Shown piece by piece: positions 20,828-30,975 of a stretch of DNA of 64,000 nt (positions are counted from its first letter, which is position 1; every line of letters starts with the position of its first letter). The stretch is from contig CAZCTH010000010.1 in NCBI GenBank assembly GCA_964501435.1, positions 3,788 to 67,787 of the forward strand, read 5' to 3'. A program made the translations under genes and the position numbers. Below the pieces are notes generated by a model, which saw only the letters and a list, made by a program, of their open reading frames with translations, did no database searches and was not told the DNA's origin. This DNA is from an uncultured Spirochaetales bacterium. Lineage in GTDB: Bacteria; Myxococcota_A; UBA9160; UBA6930.

Positions 20828-20843
20828 CGGCACTGGCCTTGCA
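20828..20843 (+). promoter_or_regulatory. Putative sigma-54 (-24/-12) promoter
   Basis: CGGCAC-TGGCC-TTGCA with exact GG-N10-GC spacing; intergenic, ~75 bp before the next start. Confidence 0.7.
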
Positions 20844-20918
20844 CCAAGCCTCCGCAAGGCCGCTCCGTGCCCGCCAAGTGGGCGAAGCGAGGCGCGGCGA
20901 GCTCAGCAGGAGTCTCAC

Positions 20919-22010
20919 GTGACGTACAGCAACCTCTGGACGAATTTTCGCGGCCTCGCGGTCGCGAGCCTCGCCCTCGCGATCGCGTTCGGCGCGGCGC
21001 CGGCGGACGCCGGCAAGAACAAGCAGAAGAACGCCCCGGCCGCGCCGGCGGCTAGCCACCTGCGCCCTCGCGGCGTGTGCAGCGAGTCGGCGAACGCGCT
21101 CTTCTCGGCGTGTCACGCCGGCCTGGTCGAGGATGCCTTCCGCGCACGCGCGATCTGCTTGAACCTCGCGGATGCGGGGGAACGCGAGGACTGCCTCGAC
21201 GAGATCGACGACGCGCGCGAAGACGGCAGCGAGGAGTGCAGCGAGCAGCGCGACGCGCGCCGGGCCCTGTGCGCGAAGATCGGCGAGGCGGCCTACGAGC
21301 CGGACATGGACCCCGCGCTGTTCCAGGATCCGCGGGCGCCGTCGCGGCCGAACGACTACTTCCCGCTCGCCATCGGAAACCACTGGGTCTTCGAAGAAGG
21401 CGACGAGCGGATCGAGATCACGGTCGTCGGCGAGACGAAGCGCATCGCGGGCATCGACTGCATCGTGCTCAACGATCGCGTCTTCGAAGACGGCGTCCTG
21501 ATCGAGGACACCGACGATTGGGTGGGTCTGCGCACGGACGGAACGGCCGAGTACTGCGGAGAGCTCTCGCGCGACTACGAGCTGTTCGCAGGCGACGACC
21601 CGGAGACGCCCGAGTTGGTCTCGATCGAAGGGACGTTCAAGGCGGGCGTCGAGGGCGCGAAATCCGGGACGCTGATGATGGGCACGCCCGTGGTGGGAAG
21701 CGTCTACCGCCAGGAGTGGTTCGCCGACGAGGCCGAGGACGTCGGCACCGTGGTCAGCACGACCTACCGCTACGGCCAGGACGCCTTCCTCGATTCCGGC
21801 GTTCCGAAGGCCCTCGCGGAGCTGATGTGCGCGAACGGCGACTGCGTCGTCGTCGCGGACACCTCGACGCTTTCGCCGCGCGGCTACGAGCACAAGTTCT
21901 TCGCGCGGGGCGTGGGCTTCTTCCTCGAGACCAAGCCGCGCACCGGCGCATTCGTGCCACTGATCGCGTGCAGCCACGACTCGCGCTGCGCGTCCCTGCC
22001 GCTGCCGTGA
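20919..22010 (+). CDS. Cys-rich exported hypothetical protein
   Basis: AGGAG RBS, GTG start, signal peptide ending ADA-G; helical Cys-rich N-terminal part, then an acidic beta-rich part (YFPLAIGNHW, EDTDDW, YRQEW). Confidence 0.75.
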   Translation: MTYSNLWTNFRGLAVASLALAIAFGAAPADAGKNKQKNAPAAPAASHLRPRGVCSESANALFSACHAGLVEDAFRARAICLNLADAGEREDCLDEIDDAREDGSEECSEQRDARRALCAKIGEAAYEPDMDPALFQDPRAPSRPNDYFPLAIGNHWVFEEGDERIEITVVGETKRIAGIDCIVLNDRVFEDGVLIEDTDDWVGLRTDGTAEYCGELSRDYELFAGDDPETPELVSIEGTFKAGVEGAKSGTLMMGTPVVGSVYRQEWFADEAEDVGTVVSTTYRYGQDAFLDSGVPKALAELMCANGDCVVVADTSTLSPRGYEHKFFARGVGFFLETKPRTGAFVPLIACSHDSRCASLPLP

Positions 22011-22021
22011 CGACGCGGGAC

Positions 22022-22095
22022 CGCGGAGCGCGCCCGTAGTCCCCGGCGCGCTCCGCGCCTCCGCCGCCTGCTCGGCCTCGCGCCGGGCAGGCGGC
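22022..22095. terminator. Two tandem GC-rich hairpins between convergent genes
   Basis: 13-bp stem 22022-22034/22045-22057; 14-bp stem with one G-U pair 22063-22076/22082-22095; no U-tract. Confidence 0.4.
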
Positions 22096-22163
22096 GCTCG
22101 CATTCGCGCCCGCTGCCGCACACGGGCACGCCGGCCGCCGCAGCCGGGCGGGCGCGCCGCCGC

Positions 22164-23450
22164 TCACCTCACCAGCTCGACGGGCACCGGCATCAGGTTC
22201 CAGGTGAGCACCGAGTTCGGCGACGGGTTCGTGTAGACCGTCTCGCGCACGGCCTTGCCCGCGACCCACACGTAGCGGTTCAGCTGCTTCGCGCTGTCGT
22301 TCGCGACGTACAGCTCGTCCGTCCCGTCGCCGTCGAGGTCGGTGAGCAGCGCCGCGTGCTCGAAGCCCTTCGAGTCGAGGTCGATCGACTCGGTGGACCA
22401 CGCGGCCTTGGGATCCGCGCCGGGGCGCGCGAGCCAGAGGCCCGTGTCCTTCGCCGCGATGACCATCTCCTTCTTGCCGTCGCCGTCGAGGTCGCCAGCC
22501 GTGAGGAAGCGGCACATCGGGTCGGCGAGGGTGACGACGACGGCGCCCGCCGCCGGGTCGGTGCCGGCGTCGTAGCGCTTCACCTCGAGGTTGCCGCCCT
22601 CGGCGGCCTCGACCGAGACGTAGAGCTCGTCGCGGCCGTCGCCGTCCACGTCCGCGACGAGGATCTCCTTGGCGTGGCGCATGCCGAGGTCGGCGACGAC
22701 GGTGCGGCTGCCCGCGTCGCCGGGCGCGAAGCGCACGACCTCGCCGGGCTGCGGCGTGCCGTCGAGCTTGTTCGGCGCGCTCGGCGTCGCGTAGATCTCG
22801 CGCTTGCCGTCGCCGTCGAGGTCGCCCAGCTCGATCTCGTGCACGAAGGTGTCGGCCTTGCGGTCGAGCTCGGCCACCGCGAAACCGCCGCCGTCCTGGG
22901 CGCGCAGCGTCGCGACGACGCCCTGGTCGTGGGTGGCGATCGCGAGGGCCTGCTTGCCGTCGCCGAACAGGTCGCCGGCCTCGCCGTCGCGCATGCGGTC
23001 GAAGGCCCCGCCGAACTTGGCTTCCCAGAGCGTCTCCACCGGCGCGAGCCCGCCGTCGCCCTTCTGCCAGCGCTTCACCGCGGCGCTCATGCCGCCGAGC
23101 GTGATCACCGAGGGCCCGCTGCCGGGGAGGTCCACGACCATCGCCTTGTGGAACACGTTGCTCGCCGGGTCCGAGACGGAGCTCGCGCTCCACGCGCCCG
23201 CGGCGCGCGTCAGCACGACCAGCTCGGACTGCGGAATCTGTTTGCCGTCGTCGCCGGTGCGGAAGGTGGAGAGCGCGAGCAGCAGGCCCCGCGGCAAGTC
23301 GGCGGGCGTGGGCGGCGCGACGGGCGCCTCGGCGACCGCGGGCGCGGCCTCCGGAGCCGGCGCCGGCTCCTCGCCGCCGCAAGCGGCGAGCAGGAGCGGG
23401 GCGGCGAGCCAAGCGAGCGAGAGCGGGCGGCGGGCGGCGCGGGCGGGCAT
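22164..23450 (-). CDS. FG-GAP/VCBS-repeat lipoprotein
   Basis: Lipobox LLLAAC; Pro/Ala linker; repeated GDLDGDGK, ADVDGDGR and TDLDGDGT Ca-binding loops. Confidence 0.82.
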   Translation of the reverse strand: MPARAARRPLSLAWLAAPLLLAACGGEEPAPAPEAAPAVAEAPVAPPTPADLPRGLLLALSTFRTGDDGKQIPQSELVVLTRAAGAWSASSVSDPASNVFHKAMVVDLPGSGPSVITLGGMSAAVKRWQKGDGGLAPVETLWEAKFGGAFDRMRDGEAGDLFGDGKQALAIATHDQGVVATLRAQDGGGFAVAELDRKADTFVHEIELGDLDGDGKREIYATPSAPNKLDGTPQPGEVVRFAPGDAGSRTVVADLGMRHAKEILVADVDGDGRDELYVSVEAAEGGNLEVKRYDAGTDPAAGAVVVTLADPMCRFLTAGDLDGDGKKEMVIAAKDTGLWLARPGADPKAAWSTESIDLDSKGFEHAALLTDLDGDGTDELYVANDSAKQLNRYVWVAGKAVRETVYTNPSPNSVLTWNLMPVPVELVR

Positions 23451-23588
23451 CGGGAGCTCCTCGGTAGGCGCGCGTTCGGTCGCGCGCGCGCCGGATTTAG
23501 CAATCGCACCGGCGCGCGCCGGCACCGTCCGGGGCTCCGTCGGCGCGCAGCGCTGGCCCTCTCCGCCTGCGGGTGTTAACTCGCGCGC

Positions 23589-24872
23589 GTGGCCGACCTC
23601 GCTCCGCCGCGCGGAACGCGCGACTTCTACCCCGACGACCTGCGCCTGCGCAGCTGGCTCTTCGAGCGCTTTCGCGGCACCGCCCTCGCCTTCGGGTTCG
23701 AGGAAGTGGACGCGCCCGTCGTCGAGCACGCCGAGCTCTACCTGCGCAAGGCCGGCGAGGAGATCGTCGACCAGCTCTACCACTTCGAGCTCCACGAGCG
23801 TCACCTCGCGCTGCGCCCGGAGCTGACGCCCTCCCTCGCGCGCATGGTGATCGCGCGCCAGGGCGCCCTGCGCCTGCCGCTGCGCTGGTTCGCGATCCCG
23901 CAGTGCTGGCGCTACGAGCGCATGACGCGCGGCCGGCGCCGCGAGCACTACCAGTGGAACATGGACGTCTGGGGCGAGCCCGACGTCACCGCCGAGGCCG
24001 AGCTGATCGCCGCGATCTTCCACGCCCTCGACGCGATGGGCCTCGCCTCCGGCGACGTGAAGATGCGCCTGAACCACCGCGCCCTGCTCGAGGAGAGCTT
24101 GCGCCGCGGCGTGCTCGCGCAGCGGCCGGAGGCCTTCGCGCCGCTGTGCGTGATCGTGGACAAGCTGCCGAAGATCGGGCGCGACGCCGTGCTCGAGCAG
24201 CTCACCGACGCTGCAGGCACCGTGCAGCTCGGGCGCAGCGAGGCGGAGTCGGTGGTCGCCCTGCTCGAGGCGCGCGGGCTCGACGACGCCGCGCGGCTCG
24301 CGGGCGCCGAGTCGCCGGCCCTCGCGCAGCTGCGGCGCCTGTTCGCGCTGCTCGACGCCTACGGCGTCGCCGACCGCGTCGCCTTCGACGCCTCGGTCGT
24401 GCGCGGGCTCGCCTACTACACCGGCGTCGTGTTCGAGGCCTTCGACGCCGCCGGCGAGCTGCGCGCCGTGTGCGGCGGCGGCCGCTACGACCGCCTGCTC
24501 GAGACGCTCGGCGGGAAGCCGATGCCCGCCGTCGGCTTCGGCTTCGGCGACGCCGTGATCGCCGAGCTGCTCGCCGAGCGCGGCAAGCTGCCGACGCCGC
24601 CGCGCGCGCTCGACGCGGTCGTGTTCCCGATCGGTGAAGAAGAGCGCACGATCGCGATCCGGCTCGCGCGCGAGCTGCGGCGCCAGGGCAAGCTCGTCGA
24701 GTTGGTGCTCGGGAGCCTCAAACCGAAGCGCGTGTTCGCCGATGCGAACAAAGCGGGCGCGCGGCACGTTTATGTGATCGGACCCGAAGAGCGCGAGCGC
24801 GGCGTGGTCCGCGTGAAGGACCTGCAGACTGAAGCGCAGCGCGATGAAGCGCTGCCCGAACCGGCGAGGTAG
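23589..24872 (+). CDS. hisS: Histidine--tRNA ligase
   Basis: PPRGTRDF, ALRPELTP, WRYER, GRRREHYQ, RGLAYYTG, GGGRYD, GFGFG. Confidence 0.95.
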   Translation: MADLAPPRGTRDFYPDDLRLRSWLFERFRGTALAFGFEEVDAPVVEHAELYLRKAGEEIVDQLYHFELHERHLALRPELTPSLARMVIARQGALRLPLRWFAIPQCWRYERMTRGRRREHYQWNMDVWGEPDVTAEAELIAAIFHALDAMGLASGDVKMRLNHRALLEESLRRGVLAQRPEAFAPLCVIVDKLPKIGRDAVLEQLTDAAGTVQLGRSEAESVVALLEARGLDDAARLAGAESPALAQLRRLFALLDAYGVADRVAFDASVVRGLAYYTGVVFEAFDAAGELRAVCGGGRYDRLLETLGGKPMPAVGFGFGDAVIAELLAERGKLPTPPRALDAVVFPIGEEERTIAIRLARELRRQGKLVELVLGSLKPKRVFADANKAGARHVYVIGPEERERGVVRVKDLQTEAQRDEALPEPAR

Positions 24873-24885
24873 CCACCGAACTCCG

Positions 24886-26787
<1,902 letters not shown>

Positions 26788-26867
26788 GCGCCGCGGCGCA
26801 ACCGGAGTCGGCGCATCGGGTTTCGGGCGATGGACCCGCTCATTCGCGACACGACAGGAGGTTCCCC

Positions 26868-27107
26868 GTGCAGAGTCCGCTTCGACTCGTGCTCGCCGCC
26901 GCAGCGCTGGCGGTGAGCTTCCTCGCCGGCCAGGCGCTCGCCGCCCAGCCGCGCATGCAGGCGGCGCTCGATCACCTGCAGTCCGCGCGGCGCGAGCTCG
27001 CGGCCGCCACCGCCGACAAGGGCGGCCACCGCGCCAAGGCGCTCGCCGCGGTGGACGAGGCGATCGAGCAGGTGCGCAAGGGCATCGCCTTCGACCGGCG
27101 CAACTGA
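26868..27107 (+). CDS. Small exported helical-hairpin protein A (80 aa)
   Basis: AGGAGG RBS, GTG start, signal peptide ending QALA; mature part QPRMQAALDHL...KGGHRAKA. Not called separately in the track. Confidence 0.8.
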   Translation: MQSPLRLVLAAAALAVSFLAGQALAAQPRMQAALDHLQSARRELAAATADKGGHRAKALAAVDEAIEQVRKGIAFDRRN

Positions 27108-27337
27108 TGCGGGCCTGGTTCGCGGCGGCGCTGATCGGCGCTTTCGGCATCGGCTGCGTGACGGCCGGCGGCGGCCAGCCGCACATGCAGGCGGCGCTCC
27201 AGCACCTGCGCGCCGCGCGCGCCGAGCTCGAGCGCGCGCCAGCGCGCAAGGGCGGGCACCGCGCGCGGGCGATCGCGCTGGTCGAGCGCGCAATCGTGCA
27301 GGTCGAGCGCGGGATCGCGTTCGACGCCGCGCACTGA
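27107..27337 (+). CDS. Small helical-hairpin protein B (probable lipoprotein), paralogue of A
   Basis: TGATG overlap; FGIGC lipobox-like; QPHMQAALQHL...KGGHRARA...GIAFD. Confidence 0.8.
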   Translation: MRAWFAAALIGAFGIGCVTAGGGQPHMQAALQHLRAARAELERAPARKGGHRARAIALVERAIVQVERGIAFDAAH

Positions 27338-27381
27338 GCGCGCCCCTCGCGCGACGCGCGGCCCTGCGACACGCTCGCGGC

Positions 27382-28182
27382 GTGACGACGCACCGCATCC
27401 TCTCCTGGAACGTGAACGGCCTGCGCGCCTGCGAAGCCAAGGGTTTTCGGCGCTGGCTCGATCGCAGCGGCGCCGAGATCGTGGGCCTACAGGAGGTGCG
27501 CGCGGACCCCGCCGTGCTGCCGCGCCGCGTCGCGGCGCCGCGCGGCTGGCACACGCACTTCGTGGCGGCGGAGAGGCCCGGCTACAGCGGCGTCGGACTG
27601 TACGCGCGCCGTCCTCCGGAAGCGGTCGACACCTCCCTCGCGCAGCGCGCCTTCGACGCTGAGGGCCGCCTCCAGCTCGCGCGCTTCGGGCGGCTCGTGG
27701 TGGCGAACGTCTACTTCCCGAACGGCAACGGCAAGGACCGCGACAACTCGCGGGTGCCCTTCAAGCTGCGCTTCTACAAGCGCCTGTTCGAGCGGCTCGA
27801 GAAGCTGCGCGCCGACGGCGCGCACGTGCTGGTCATGGGCGACTTCAACACCACGCACACGGACCTCGACCTCGCGCGGCCGAAGGACAACCGCAAGACG
27901 AGCGGCTGCCTGCCCAACGAGCGCCGCGAGCTCGCGCGCTGGCTCGGCGCGGGCTGGGTGGACACCTTCCGCGCGTTCGAGCCGGGCGGCGGCCACTACT
28001 CGTGGTGGAGCCAGCGCTTCGGCGTGCGCGAGAAGAACATCGGCTGGCGCATCGACCTCGTGCTCGCGTCGCCCGAGGCGATGCCGTACGTGCGCGGCGC
28101 GTTCATCCAGGGCGACGTGCGCGGCAGCGACCACGCGCCGGTGGGTGTCGACGTCGCGGCGGGAATCTTCGGAGGAGCGTGA
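27382..28182 (+). CDS. xth: Exodeoxyribonuclease III
   Basis: SWNVNGLRA, LQE, GYSGV, VYFPNG, MGDFN, GWRID, SDHAPV. Confidence 0.95.
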   Translation: MTTHRILSWNVNGLRACEAKGFRRWLDRSGAEIVGLQEVRADPAVLPRRVAAPRGWHTHFVAAERPGYSGVGLYARRPPEAVDTSLAQRAFDAEGRLQLARFGRLVVANVYFPNGNGKDRDNSRVPFKLRFYKRLFERLEKLRADGAHVLVMGDFNTTHTDLDLARPKDNRKTSGCLPNERRELARWLGAGWVDTFRAFEPGGGHYSWWSQRFGVREKNIGWRIDLVLASPEAMPYVRGAFIQGDVRGSDHAPVGVDVAAGIFGGA

Positions 28183-28802
28183 GCGTGGCAAAGCGTGCGA
28201 ATGGGTCAGGAATGCTCGATGGCGGGGACAGACCTCGGCTGAGCGGTGCAGCGCCCCGCGGCCCCGCGATCGCGCGCGGGATCGCGATCGCGCTCGTCTG
28301 CTTCGCGGCGCTCGGTTGCCCGAAGCCCCCGGATCCTCCGACGGCGCCGTCCCTGCCCGCGGCGCCTGCGCTGCCCGAAGGGCCGTCTCTTCCCGCAGCG
28401 CCGTCCCTTCCCACAGCGCCTGCGCTGCCCGCAGGGCCGGCCCTGCCCACAGCGCCCGGCGCACCTCCGGCGCCGGGAGTAGGCGCCGACCGCACCGAGG
28501 TGCGCGCACCGGTCGCACGACTGTCGGTGCGGGTGGCGGAGTCGTTCCCGCCCCAATACTTCGCGGACGTGACCTCCGGGCTGCCCGACGGCTGCACGAA
28601 GTTCGCGCGCACGGCGCTGCGCCGCGACGGCGACGTCGTGTTCGTGGACGTCTTCAACACCCGCCCGGCCCGCGACGACGTGGCGTGCACCATGCTCTAC
28701 GGCGAGCACGAGAGCGCGGTCGCCCTCGGCAGCGACTTCGTCTCCGGCCGGACCTACGTCGTCGACGCGAACGGGACGCGGGAGAGCTTCACGGCGCAGT
28801 GA
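28179..28802 (+). CDS. Lipoprotein with Pro-rich repeat stalk
   Basis: GGAGGA RBS and GTGA overlap with xth; lipobox AALGC; repeat linker; C-terminal domain ESFPPQY...GLPDGC...C. Confidence 0.75.
   Translation: MSVAKRANGSGMLDGGDRPRLSGAAPRGPAIARGIAIALVCFAALGCPKPPDPPTAPSLPAAPALPEGPSLPAAPSLPTAPALPAGPALPTAPGAPPAPGVGADRTEVRAPVARLSVRVAESFPPQYFADVTSGLPDGCTKFARTALRRDGDVVFVDVFNTRPARDDVACTMLYGEHESAVALGSDFVSGRTYVVDANGTRESFTAQ
28341..28457 (+). repeat. Coding 18-bp tandem repeat, 6.5 units
   Basis: TAPSLP/AAPALP/EGPSLP/AAPSLP/TAPALP/AGPALP/TAP. Confidence 0.9.
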
Positions 28803-28849
28803 GCTGCGCGCTGCTGCGCGGCCGCCTGGCGGCGGCCTACCGTGCGCGC

Positions 28850-29791
28850 ATGGACCTGCCCCTTTCCCCCGCACTCACCTACGGCGTCATCACCAGTGCC
28901 GCGACCGCCGACGACGCGCGCGTCTCGGCCGAGCGCGCCGAAGCGCAGGGGTGGGACTCGCTCTGGGTCGGCGACCACGTCGCGTTCACGATCCCGATCT
29001 ACGACCCGCTGATCCAGCTCACGCTGTTCGGCGCGTTCTCGAAGAAGCTGCGGCTCGGTACGTCGGTCTACCTGCTGCCGCTGCGCCATCCGGTGCCCGC
29101 CGCGAAGCAGATCGCGACGCTCGATCGCATGCTCGGCGGGCGGCTCGAGCTCGGCGTCGGCGTGGGCGGCGAGTTCGCGAACGAATACGCGGCCTGCGGC
29201 GTTCCGCTGCGCGAGCGCGGCGCGCGGCTCGACGAGGGCATCCAGTTGTTACGGCGCCTGTGGAGCGGCGAGAGCGTCACCCACGACGGGCGCTTCTACC
29301 CGGTGAAGGACGTGCGCATGCTGCCGCCGCCGGCGCAGCGCGAGCTGCCGATCTACTGCGGCGGTCGCAGCGACGCCGCGCTCGCGCGCATCGGCCGGCT
29401 CGCGGACGGCTGGATCTCGTACGTGGTGACGGCGGAGCAGTACCGCGCGGGCCTCGAAAAGATCGCCGCCGCCGCGAGCGCGGCGCGGCGCTCCGTCGCG
29501 CGCTTCCACACCGGCCACCTGCTCTTCACGCTCGTCCGCAGCCGCTACGAGGACGCCCTCGACGGCGCGACGGAGCACCTCTCGCGGCGCTACGCGATGG
29601 ACTTCCGCAGCGCGGCGCGCCGCTATGCGGCGCTGGGCTCGCCCGCCGACGTCGCGGCGCGCATCGGCGAGCTGCACCGCGCGGGCGTGCGCAACGTGAT
29701 CGTGGACGTCGTCGGGCGCCCGGAAGAGCGCGAGGAGCAGATCGCGCGCTTCGCGGCCGAGGTGAAGCCGCTGCTGGCCCGGAGCGCCTGA
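28850..29791 (+). CDS. LLM-class flavin/F420-dependent oxidoreductase 1
   Basis: SLWVGDHV, GTSVYLLPLRHPV, LGVGVGGE, ERGARLDE, RLADGW. Confidence 0.9.
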   Translation: MDLPLSPALTYGVITSAATADDARVSAERAEAQGWDSLWVGDHVAFTIPIYDPLIQLTLFGAFSKKLRLGTSVYLLPLRHPVPAAKQIATLDRMLGGRLELGVGVGGEFANEYAACGVPLRERGARLDEGIQLLRRLWSGESVTHDGRFYPVKDVRMLPPPAQRELPIYCGGRSDAALARIGRLADGWISYVVTAEQYRAGLEKIAAAASAARRSVARFHTGHLLFTLVRSRYEDALDGATEHLSRRYAMDFRSAARRYAALGSPADVAARIGELHRAGVRNVIVDVVGRPEEREEQIARFAAEVKPLLARSA

Positions 29792-29935
29792 GCCCCGGGC
29801 CGCCTGGGCGCGGCGTCGCAGAGCCGCTCGCCGCGCACCGGCAGCGCGTGCGCAGCTTCGCGTGCAACCCTGCGGGCGCGCGGATTCCGCGCCTGCGCCC
29901 CGTCACGCCCCAAGCGCGGCGCGCCACTTCTCTGC

Positions 29936-30871
29936 GTGGATCTCCCGCTCTCCGAAACGCGCCGCTACGGGTTTTCGCTGTCGTTCCCGCATCTCGACGA
30001 CGGGCGCGAGGTCGTGCGGCGCGCGGACGCGGAGGGCTGGGACGCGATCTGGCTGTCCGACCACGTCGAGTTCACCGAGCCGATGCTCGACCCCCTCGTT
30101 CAGCTCGCGCACCTCGGCGCCTGCTCGGAGCGCCTGCGCTTCGGCACCGCGGTCTACTTGCTGCCGCTGCGCCACCCGGTGCACGTCGCCAAGCAGGTGG
30201 CGACGCTCGACCGGTTGCTCGGCGGGCGCTTCGACTTCGGCGTGGGCGTGGGCGGCGAGTTCGCCGGCGAGTTCGAGGCGTGCGGCGTCCCGGTGACGGA
30301 ACGCGGCGCGCGCATGGACGAGGCGCTGCCGCTGCTGCGCCAGCTCTGGAGCGGCGAGCCCGTGCGCCACGCGGGCCGCTTCTATCCGCAGCGCGAGACG
30401 CGCCTGCAGCCGCTGCCCCGCCAGCCGGGCGGCCCGCCGATCCTCACGGGCGGGCGCTCCGAGGCGGCGCTGCGTCGCACGGGCCGCTTCGCGGACGGCT
30501 GGATCTCGTACGTCGTGACGCCGGCGCAGTATCGCGACGCGCTCGCGAAGATCGCCGCCGAGGCCGAGCGCGCGCGGCGCGAGGTCGCGCGCTTCGAGAC
30601 CGGCCACCTGATCTTCCTCGCGCTCGGCGATTCGCGCGAGCAGGCCCTCGACCAGGCGGCCGCGACGCTCTCGCGCCGCTACGCCATGGACTTCCGTCGC
30701 GCGGCCGAGCGCTACGCCGCGCTCGGCACGCCCGCCGACGTCGCGGCGCAAATCGACGCCTTCCACCGCGCCGGCGTGCGCAATCTGATCGTCGACGCCG
30801 TCGGCCGCCCCGAGGAGCGCGAGGAGCAGCTCAGCCGTTTCGCCCGCGAGGTGAGGCCGCTGCTCGGCTGA
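29936..30871 (+). CDS. LLM-class oxidoreductase 2 (tandem paralogue)
   Basis: AIWLSDHV, GTAVYLLPLRHPV, FGVGVGGE, ERGARMDE, RFADGW. Confidence 0.9.
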   Translation: MDLPLSETRRYGFSLSFPHLDDGREVVRRADAEGWDAIWLSDHVEFTEPMLDPLVQLAHLGACSERLRFGTAVYLLPLRHPVHVAKQVATLDRLLGGRFDFGVGVGGEFAGEFEACGVPVTERGARMDEALPLLRQLWSGEPVRHAGRFYPQRETRLQPLPRQPGGPPILTGGRSEAALRRTGRFADGWISYVVTPAQYRDALAKIAAEAERARREVARFETGHLIFLALGDSREQALDQAAATLSRRYAMDFRRAAERYAALGTPADVAAQIDAFHRAGVRNLIVDAVGRPEEREEQLSRFAREVRPLLG

Positions 30872-30975
30872 GCGAGCCGTTGGGCCTGGCCCAGCCTTCG
30901 CGTCTGCGAGGGGAGCGAGCGGCGGGCCGCCAGACGCGGAATCCTCTCGTCTCCAGGCTTGGCGGGAGGCGGGGC

